Origin: Planctomycetota bacterium | GTDB taxonomy: Bacteria; Planctomycetota; UBA8108; SXIK01 | Direction of reading: 5' to 3' | Assembly: GCA_965223845.1 (NCBI GenBank) | Contig: CBDCXR010000004.1 | Location: 3,968,001 to 4,032,000 of the forward strand | DNA length: 64,000 nucleotides | Shown here: positions 27,968-36,300 of the stretch, piece by piece | Layout of the letters: the number at the start of each line of letters is the position of its first letter | Position numbering within the stretch: the stretch's first letter is position 1 | The notes under the pieces: model-generated | The model's database searches: none | What the model was told of the DNA's origin: nothing | Seen by the model: the letters and a program-made list of their open reading frames with translations, nothing else | Translations under genes and position numbers: made by a program

Positions 27968-29145
27968 GCGAGTCCGTCGCGGCCGTGCGGGAGCGAGCGT
28001 CGCGCCTTCTCATCGCGAACCTCGGATTCGAGACCGAGCTCGACGGCCGTGCGCTTCCCGATCCCGTAACGCGGACGATCGCCGCTCTGGGGACGCTGCT
28101 CCGCGTCGCGGCAGCGGACAACGATCGGCTGTGGCTTCCCGCCGCCGTCGACGCGGCGCGAATCGCAACCGTCGAAGGACTCGCCTCGCCTGCACTCGAA
28201 GCGGGACCGATCGGGAACGCGGCGACGCCTCCGCCGGTGGACATCCTCGCCTGGGGCGAGACGGCCGCGACAGAGAAGCTTCGCGGGCGGATCCCGCCGG
28301 CGGCAGTGAATCGGCTCTCCGGTGCGGGCGGCGAACTTTGGGCCGCACACTCCTCGTTCGCGGTTGCGAGCGAGCTGCAGCACCGAGCTCGTGCCCTCGA
28401 AATCGCGCGGGAGCTCGATCTCGCGCTTCCGGACGCCGCGATCGTCCGCGACCGCGACGAACTCGACGCGAGACTTCGCGCGCCGCCCGCAGATTCGTCC
28501 GCGCGTCTCTGCGAGGGCTGGGTTCTCAAGGCGATGCGGAGTGCCGCCGGTCGCGACCGAGTCATCGGATCGGGCGCCACCGTCCGCGCGCAGCCGTTCG
28601 AACGCGCGGTCGACCGCCTGTTCGAGCGCTGCGGCCCACTCCTCCTCGAGCCGTGGCTCTCGCGGACGGCGGATTTTGGCGTCGCGGGGGTGATCGATGC
28701 GTCCGGCGAGGTCTCGATCCGGAGCGTCCACACCCAGCGCGTCGATGGGCAGGGTCGCATTCGCGCGATCGAAGTGACGGACGACCCGCTCCGTGCTCCC
28801 GGCGCTTCGCCCGACGACTGCGAGCGACTCGTCGGGGCGGCGGCTCGCATCGGGAATCGCGTCGCGCGCGCGGGACATCGCGGCCCGTTCGGCATCGACG
28901 CGTGGCGCTACCGTTCCCGAGAGCGCGAGGCGCTCCACGTCTTCGGCGAGCTGAACGTTCGCTGGACGTTCGGACTCGTCGCCCGCCTCGTCGCCGATGC
29001 GGTCGCCGTTCGCTTCGGTGACTCCTGGCGCGCGCGCCTCGAGTTTCGCTCCCCCACCGAAACGAACGCGGAGGCGATTCCGCTCCTCCGGCCGAGCCCC
29101 GACGACCGTGGAGCGGCTTGGCTCGAAGTCACGCGCGGTCGCTAG
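27964..29145 (+). CDS. divergent ATP-grasp fold protein
   Basis: GTG start overlaps the DUF455 stop (GTGA). WVLK...AAGR, LLEPW, GPFGIDA and ELNVRWT motifs match the ATP-grasp K, E, D and ExNxR pattern. Confidence 0.7.
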   Translation: MSESVAAVRERASRLLIANLGFETELDGRALPDPVTRTIAALGTLLRVAAADNDRLWLPAAVDAARIATVEGLASPALEAGPIGNAATPPPVDILAWGETAATEKLRGRIPPAAVNRLSGAGGELWAAHSSFAVASELQHRARALEIARELDLALPDAAIVRDRDELDARLRAPPADSSARLCEGWVLKAMRSAAGRDRVIGSGATVRAQPFERAVDRLFERCGPLLLEPWLSRTADFGVAGVIDASGEVSIRSVHTQRVDGQGRIRAIEVTDDPLRAPGASPDDCERLVGAAARIGNRVARAGHRGPFGIDAWRYRSREREALHVFGELNVRWTFGLVARLVADAVAVRFGDSWRARLEFRSPTETNAEAIPLLRPSPDDRGAAWLEVTRGR

Positions 29146-29160
29146 GACGAAGGGATTCGA

Positions 29161-32100
29161 TCAGCGGACCTTGAGCATCCGCATGGCCCGTCCCCAACTT
29201 CGACGCCACCGCCGGACGTACTCCTCGAATGTCTTCGCGACCCAGCCGCCCTTCTGCCTCTTCACGAGCTTCTGCAGCTCCTTCGCCGCGCGGTCGAGAC
29301 TGATCCTACGCGTCGCGAGGTCTCGGTAGATCCGGTCGGACTGCTTCCGGCGCCGGACGGCGTCCCCCGCGTCGACGAACGCCTCGATTCCGGAGAATAC
29401 CTTCTGGAGGAGCGGGTGCGATGTCCAGCTCTCGCTCGAGCCACCCTCGCGGAGCCCTCGCATCGCCGCGTCGAGATTGGAGAGAACCATCGCGAGCCCC
29501 GCCTCGAAGCTCTCGCTGCGCCGCGCTTGCTCACTCTTAACCGCCTCGACCGTCGTTCTCACGTGCTTCTCGGAGAGAAAGCCGAATTCCTGGAACGACG
29601 TGAGTGTGCTCAGCCCGCGGTCGCGTTCACTGTCGTCTCGGTTGAGAAGTTGCTCGCAGGCGCGGTGACACTTGTCCCACGCTTCCCACCGGTAGACGAA
29701 GTCGAGCCCCGTTCCCTTGATGTTCTGCATGCCGAGCACTCGATTCGTGTACCGCGGCGGAGTGTGCTGGGCGATGAGCTTCACGACGTTTTCGCCGGTG
29801 ATGAAATAGTCGGAGACGACGACAAGCTTGGCCTCGAACCACGCCCAGAGGAGATCCTTGAACTCACGATCGAGCTCGCTTGCGCCTGGCGACGCCCGCC
29901 GCACCTTCTGCGAGAACCGCCAGTATTGCTCGAATGCGGCCTTGTCGCGCCGAAGCTGCTCGACGATCGTCTGCGCCTCGTCGCCCGAGAGGAAATCGGT
30001 CAGACGGCGCTCGAGGTCGTCCGGGCGTTCGACGTAGCGGCTGAGGTTGCTGATGACATCTTCGGGGACGCCCTCGATCGGGAGCATCGCCCGCAGGCGG
30101 TCGACCACGTGCTGAATGCTGAGCGGGACGCGTGCGCTGCGCGCCTTGCTCTCGAGCACCTCGCTCGGAGATTCACCGGCGCTGAAGAGCGTCAGGCCCT
30201 GCGAATATTCCTCCCAGCTCTGGGACAAGTAGCCGACGAAGCCGTTGAGATTGCTCCCGATTAGCACGTGACGATCGGCCGAGATGTCTTCGACGAGGAT
30301 GCGAGCGAACACACGTGAGCGCGGGACTCGGTCCGCACGGTTGTTGACGACCGTCGTCACCCACACGTTCGGCTCTTCGTAGGGGCATTGCGTGTCGAAA
30401 CCCATCCGAGTCCAGTTGCCGAGACAGCCGTGGCGCTCGTTCGCCGACATTCCGTTCGTGAAGCGCAGATACCGCCCGTCGATCTCGGCGGTCGGATACG
30501 TCTTCAGCACGCCCAAATCCGCGACGACGCAGTCGGCCATCGCCTTGAGAGCCACGCTCCGGTCGATGCCGATCTCGGCCGCCATCTTCTGCACGAGCGC
30601 GATGTTGTTCGGATGCTCTTCGTACGGAAAACGCTCGAGGATGTCGTCCGTGAGGATACCGGCATCGAGCCAGGTCACGGGCTCCACGGAGGTCTCGAGC
30701 TCTCTCGCCGCCTCGGCGAGGATCGGCAGCATCACCTCCTCGGTCGTGATGAGTCGACTCCGCTTCGGGATGAAGTTCGTCATCACGTCGGGAATGTTGT
30801 AGCCCGCCGGTCCCTGCAGGTCTTCGTGATCGGGATACGTATTGGTGATCGTCGCGATGTCGTCCTTCACCCAGTCTCGCTGGAGAACGTGGACGTACGA
30901 TGGCGTGAGCGCCATGCATTCCCAGAGGAAGACGTCGGCACCGACCTTCTCGGCGAACTTGAGCACCGTGCTCTGTTCCCAGATCGTCGCCTTGTCGTAG
31001 GGGCGAAAGAGGAAGAGCTCGCGAGTCGATCCAAACGTCGGCGAATAGAGGAACATCGCCTCGCAGCCGGTCGTTTTTGAAACGAAGCCGTAACCGAGTG
31101 CGCTGAAGAGCGCCGCCTTCAATCGCTCGGTGCCCGACTTCCCTCGCGTTCCCCAGCCGCCGATCATCAGCGGGATGGAGCACCGCGCTTTTCGAATGGC
31201 CCGGTTCGCATAGAGATGGCGCCCGATGAACACACCCGAAACCGCGGCCGTGAAGATCATCAGCTCGAGGAGAGAGTTGTCATAGACCGAAACGAAGTAC
31301 TGCCGGAGTTGACGCCAGAGATCGCCGATCGGAATCACCGCCACGCTGGGAAAGAACCTGGCGACGGCGGGATCGATCCGCATCGGCTCGCGGCCGGGGG
31401 CGTTCGCGTACGGTGTCAGCGTGACGCGGATGCCGCATCTCTCGAGGCTCTTCAGAAACCCTTCCGGCGGTTCCTGACTCCCTTCCTTCCAGTTTCGGAG
31501 GCGAGCGTAGCGCTCGTAACGCAGCGACAGGCGAGCCCACGCCGCCCAGCGGTTCCAGATCCACGGAGGCGGCGTGATCTCGGTAATTCCTTCGCTCGTG
31601 TAGAGCCGGGACGGGCGCGCGAACAGGCCGCCGCCGATCGTGGAGAGGATCTGATCGAGGAGTGGCAAATACGGTCGATAGCCCCCTTCGCTCGCCATGA
31701 AGAGAGGCTCGCCGGGAATCTTCGTCTGCGCGAGCTCCGCGAGGATCGCCGACGGCGCGTGGACGTTGCCGGGAAAGAGGCGGCCGATCGTGTGCGGGTG
31801 CGCCTGTCGTTTGTCGGGAGCGGGATTGCGCCATTCGTAGAGGAATCTCCAGGCCCGGAAACCGAACACCGGAACCCGCGTGAGTCGGACCCTCCGCCAA
31901 TCGCGCGCCGCCGAGATTCCGAAATCCTCGAGCGCGAGCACGGAGAGAGTCCGTCCGATTGCGTCGCCTTCGAACGACGCGAGTGACGTGAGGGGGATCG
32001 AGACGCTTTCGCCGCAGCCGATCGAGTCCATCCGCGGCGCGACGACGTTTACGATGGAGCGCGCTTCGGGACTCGAGTAACACCAGACGATCTCTCGCGT

Positions 32101-33369
32101 CTGCGCGGCCCAGCGCCGAACCGAATACGATTCGGCTTCAAGGTGGAGGCGGTCGAGAACCTGTTCGAAGCGGAGTAGAGTCGCATCGGAGACGACTAGC
32201 TCCGACGCCGACTCGTCGCGCACGAGCCCGCCGAGAACGTGCATCGTCGTCCTCAGCACGAACTCACTCGCATCGCTCCGGAGCGACGCGATGAGAACCT
32301 CGACCAGTTGTCCGGCCGTCGATGGATCGAGACTGCGCGGTACGGCGAGAAGCGCAGCTGCCCGAACCTGAGGAACGGCGTCGCGGAGCGCGAGCTCCTC
32401 GATCCACATCGTCCGCAAGTCGCGGGGAAGCTCGTGGAGATGATCGCAGAATCCCTGTCGGACGTACGGACTCGGATCTCCCTGGATCGCAACGAGCGAG
32501 CCCGCGAGCGAGCGGTCGCGCTCGACCGCTCGAGGAAGGAGCGACGCCGCGCAGTGGCGGACGAAGAGATCGTCGCCCTCGGCGGAGTGTTCGAGCCGAC
32601 GGGTGAGGACTTTTCCGAACGACTGCGGCGAAAGCGTCTCGAGGAGCCGGATCGCCTCGCACTGGATCCAGACGTTGAGCTCGCGCTGCATCGAGCTCCG
32701 GTAGATGATCTGTAGCGTCGCTTGATCGAGGGTCCGTCCCTGGTCCGTGCTCTGCGCCGCGCGCACGGCTAGGGCGAGCGCTTTGAAGCACGCGACGACG
32801 ACTCGCTCCTCACCGTCGTAGTGGAAGAACCGCCTGAAGACCCGTCCGAGGTCGAGACGTTTCCAGAGCGCATCGCGCTCTTCCACCTTCGCCTCGTTTC
32901 TCAGTACGGCGCACGCGAGACCACCGAGTCGCCCGAGCGCCACGGCAAGGCGCCGCTCGAGCTCGCCGATGAGAATCTGATAGCGATCCGTCACCGCGTC
33001 GCTGTCGAAGTAGCGAGTGAGGGCTCGTCGATCCTCTCGGAGACCCTTCTTCGACTGACCGAGCTCGCGCGCGAATTCGAGGACGTTTCGATTCCTTTCC
33101 TCGCCCGAGCTCGCCCGCGCCAGGCGTTTCGTGAACTGCGTGTAGACTCCCCGCAGGCCGGTGATGCGCGAGTGGATGCCGTCGATCTCTTCCTTCAAAA
33201 ATGCGAGTAGAGCGACCCTCTCTTCCTGTTCGCTCGCGTTCCCCTCGGTGTGCACCGCTACCGCACGGACGTAGTCGTCGGCAAACTCTTCGACGATTCG
33301 ACCTTCGAGCCTTCGCTCGTAGTCGTTCAAGCCGTCGGCGATGAGGCGGACGATGCGCTCGCGAATCAC
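29161..33369 (-). CDS. HEAT-repeat-fused poly-gamma-glutamate synthase CapB/PgsB-like Mur-type ligase (about 1402 aa)
   Basis: GTG start with GGAGGAG RBS overlapping the upstream stop. IGGWGTRGKSG, KTTG, ECMAL, ITNTYPDHEDLQGP, NNRADRVPRS and GMQNIKGTG motifs. HEAT-like DPSPYVR, DAVPQVR and DASEFV repeats. Confidence 0.85.
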   Translation of the reverse strand: MIRERIVRLIADGLNDYERRLEGRIVEEFADDYVRAVAVHTEGNASEQEERVALLAFLKEEIDGIHSRITGLRGVYTQFTKRLARASSGEERNRNVLEFARELGQSKKGLREDRRALTRYFDSDAVTDRYQILIGELERRLAVALGRLGGLACAVLRNEAKVEERDALWKRLDLGRVFRRFFHYDGEERVVVACFKALALAVRAAQSTDQGRTLDQATLQIIYRSSMQRELNVWIQCEAIRLLETLSPQSFGKVLTRRLEHSAEGDDLFVRHCAASLLPRAVERDRSLAGSLVAIQGDPSPYVRQGFCDHLHELPRDLRTMWIEELALRDAVPQVRAAALLAVPRSLDPSTAGQLVEVLIASLRSDASEFVLRTTMHVLGGLVRDESASELVVSDATLLRFEQVLDRLHLEAESYSVRRWAAQTREIVWCYSSPEARSIVNVVAPRMDSIGCGESVSIPLTSLASFEGDAIGRTLSVLALEDFGISAARDWRRVRLTRVPVFGFRAWRFLYEWRNPAPDKRQAHPHTIGRLFPGNVHAPSAILAELAQTKIPGEPLFMASEGGYRPYLPLLDQILSTIGGGLFARPSRLYTSEGITEITPPPWIWNRWAAWARLSLRYERYARLRNWKEGSQEPPEGFLKSLERCGIRVTLTPYANAPGREPMRIDPAVARFFPSVAVIPIGDLWRQLRQYFVSVYDNSLLELMIFTAAVSGVFIGRHLYANRAIRKARCSIPLMIGGWGTRGKSGTERLKAALFSALGYGFVSKTTGCEAMFLYSPTFGSTRELFLFRPYDKATIWEQSTVLKFAEKVGADVFLWECMALTPSYVHVLQRDWVKDDIATITNTYPDHEDLQGPAGYNIPDVMTNFIPKRSRLITTEEVMLPILAEAARELETSVEPVTWLDAGILTDDILERFPYEEHPNNIALVQKMAAEIGIDRSVALKAMADCVVADLGVLKTYPTAEIDGRYLRFTNGMSANERHGCLGNWTRMGFDTQCPYEEPNVWVTTVVNNRADRVPRSRVFARILVEDISADRHVLIGSNLNGFVGYLSQSWEEYSQGLTLFSAGESPSEVLESKARSARVPLSIQHVVDRLRAMLPIEGVPEDVISNLSRYVERPDDLERRLTDFLSGDEAQTIVEQLRRDKAAFEQYWRFSQKVRRASPGASELDREFKDLLWAWFEAKLVVVSDYFITGENVVKLIAQHTPPRYTNRVLGMQNIKGTGLDFVYRWEAWDKCHRACEQLLNRDDSERDRGLSTLTSFQEFGFLSEKHVRTTVEAVKSEQARRSESFEAGLAMVLSNLDAAMRGLREGGSSESWTSHPLLQKVFSGIEAFVDAGDAVRRRKQSDRIYRDLATRRISLDRAAKELQKLVKRQKGGWVAKTFEEYVRRWRRSWGRAMRMLKVR

Positions 33370-36300
33370 GGTTGCTCCTCCGAGATTCGATTCGTAAACT
33401 CGCTCGGGATCGCGGCCCGGCGCAGCCGGCGGAAGCGCACCTCCGAGAAGTCGCGGTACCCGCGACCCCGTCCGAAGTGGACGACGAAGGCGAGGAATCC
33501 CGTACTTCGGTTGTCGGGGAGATCGTGACGGAACGTGAACGCCATCTCCCACCGCGTCGCGTTTCGCGACCAGAGCTCCTGCGTCACTTCCGCGATGAGG
33601 GAATGCCGCGAACGGCTCGAGCGCCGGTCATCGTCGGACGGAAAGAAGCTCGCCCGATAGGCGAGAGCGATCTCCCACTGAAAGAGAAGCTGGGCCCAGC
33701 CGACTTCTCCCCAGAGGCGATCCGGGGCCACCGGGTTCAGATCTTCGTTCGTCAGGAGGCCGCTGCCCGCCCACCAGCGCGTGTCCACCCACGGTCGGTG
33801 GACCACTCGAGCCGCCAGGGACGCGCCGCCGCGGTGGTCGAGCTTGTACGGCGTGAATATGTCCTGATCGACGTCGCCGGGCTCGAAGTCTCGCCGGGAA
33901 TCGAGGCTGAGGACACGACCGAGAAGCGAAGCTGTGAGGATGGCGTCCGTCAGATCCCCCAGCGGCGCTCGGTGCTCGAGCGACGCGCGGCCTAGAAGGG
34001 ACCATTCGACATCGCCGCGTGGAGCGACGGCATCTCCGTCCGGCGCCTGCGCGTACACTCGAGCCGATGCGATCGCGCTCAGTGGAAGCGAGTCGAGCGC
34101 CCGCTCGAATCGGTGCCAAGCCCCCACTACGGGGCCTCCCTCCTCGCGCACTCGTGCGAGCGCACCGGTCTCGAAGTAGGCCCGCCACCACTCCGAGCGC
34201 CAACGGTGGATCGCTCTCAGCTCGAGGAACTGTTCGGCGATGATCCGCTCGTCGCCATCCTCTTCGGACGCCCGCCGCCGACGGAACACGGCCGCGAAGC
34301 TTCGCGTGCCGTCCTCCTGGCCGGAGAGCTCGACCCCGTCCTTCGCGACGACCGTCCCGGCTTGCCGCTCGTCATCGATCCGCCACGGAGGTTCCGCTTT
34401 CGGCGGTGGCTCCACGTCCGGAGTCAGGATCTCCGGCGGCTCGAGTCTCTCCTCTCTCGGCACGTACTCGAACGCGCGGAAAAGCCCGCGGTCCCGCCCT
34501 TCGGACGGGGGAATCTCGAGCTCTTGCCAACCCTCTTCAACGAGATGGTACTCCGAGTGGACTTCGTCGTCCCGGAGCTCGTCGACGCGTACGACAGTCG
34601 GGCCTTCGACGGCGACGCGGAGTCGGCGATCGTTCCGCGAGACCTGGTAGATGCGCGACGCCACCGGCGACTCTCCACCGGCGTCGTCGTCCTCCGACAC
34701 GGTGCCGTCGATGTCTTCAACGGCGACGGAGAGGAATTGATTGGGCGCTCCGTCCACCACGCGGAGTCGCAAGCGATGGAATCCACTCGGCACGATCCAG
34801 CTCAGCGCCGCGCGCGGTCGGTCGACGCTGAGATCGATGGTTCGTCGATCCCAGTCGTCGAGCTCGCAGACGACTTCGACCGGCCGGATTGCGCGTGACG
34901 TCGCCGATTCGCTCGCGACGTGTACGATCCAGCGACTCGGACGAGGTCGATCGATCACGTGGACGAATTGTTCGCGCCGACCGAGCTGCCGAGCGCTCGT
35001 GCCGAGCGGCGACGGACCCGCGAGTGCCTGGCGAACACGCGTGCGCGGGCTCTCCGACTCTGACGGCGACGTTCGGATGCTTCGGAGTCCGGCCCGCGAA
35101 ACGATGGACGAGACGAGACGCCAGTGGTAGCGCTGTGAGAGGCGTCGCGCGATGCCCGCGACCTCTCGGCGCTCGGGAAACGATCGCAGCGCGATCAGCG
35201 CTTTGGCCGCGGCCGTCTTCTCGGCGCGATGGCCGGATTCGACGGCGAGAAGGAGCGCGCGCAAGTAGACCACCGCCGTCTCCGGATCTTCGGGAACGGA
35301 CAGCTCGGTGATCGACGTGAGGTCGCCGCGCTCGAGCAGCGTCGCGATCAGCGCCCGCCCGGTCGAGCCGGCGTGAGTGCGGGAACCACTCAGGAAGCGA
35401 TATGACGCGAGATCGAGCTCCCGTGGATCGACGATCGCGGAATCGGCCGGGAGGTCGTCTACCGACGGGGGTCGCTGTCCCACCAAGGACCTCGCTTCGA
35501 GTCGGAGCGCGAGACGTGCGAGCAGTGCGGGATCGATCCCGCCCGGCAACTCGCGAATCGTTCCCGCGAGAGAGGCTCGGATCGGGTAGACAGGGATCCG
35601 GTACGGAAGCCTCGCCGCCGTAATCGTGTCCCGCTCGAGCTCGAGTCGCGCCGGGTAGCTCGGTCCCATCGCACGCGGCGTGTTGCGATCTCGATCGCGG
35701 AGAACGCTGGCAACGACCGCCGGCGACCACCGGGCGAGCAGCCCCTCCCAGAGCGCGGGACGATGCTCGAACGTCCGCACGAGCACGGCGACTCCGCGCG
35801 GCTCGACGACCAGCTCGTGCAGTCCGGGACCTAGGTCGAACTCTTCCTCGATCCGGTTGAGCGAGCGGTATCGGCGCCGCTGCATGAGCGATAGGCTCGC
35901 GACCACCTCGCTGGAGGTGACAGGCATGGGATGAAGCTCACCGTCGATGCGGACGTCGATCCAAGCTCGGTCGCCGGCGCGGTAGTCGGAGTCGACGAGT
36001 GGCCGCAGTCGGAGCCGGACCGTTCTCGGTCCGAGGATCTTCATCCGAACCTGCCCGCCGTCCTCGGCGCCGACGAGCTGGCGACGGGTCTCCGCGCGGG
36101 ACTCGCGGACCCAATCGGAGAACCCGTAGCGAATAACGCAGTCGTCGAGGGCGACCCAAGTTCTCGGTCCCGGTAGCGATTCGCGCCACCGCTCCCATGC
36201 GAAGATCGCTTCGGCTCGCTCGGCGAAGGATCCGCTCCGCAGTCGCTGGGCGATCGCGAGGGCCTCGTCGATTCGCGCGAGGGCCGCGCGACCACGTTCG

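Noticed and set aside
3635-33369. Shared gamma-glutamyl/amide-ligase theme linking the PafA homolog, ATP-grasp and CapB
   Set aside because: The PafA locus is more than 20 kb from the others and separated by unrelated housekeeping genes; no evidence of one pathway.
33370-33552. Track-given upstream extensions of several ORFs (capB-like, 42642, 49495, 27685, 57924, 61908)
   Set aside because: They overlap neighbouring genes or look non-coding. Downstream starts with an RBS, a signal peptide or a start/stop overlap fit better.
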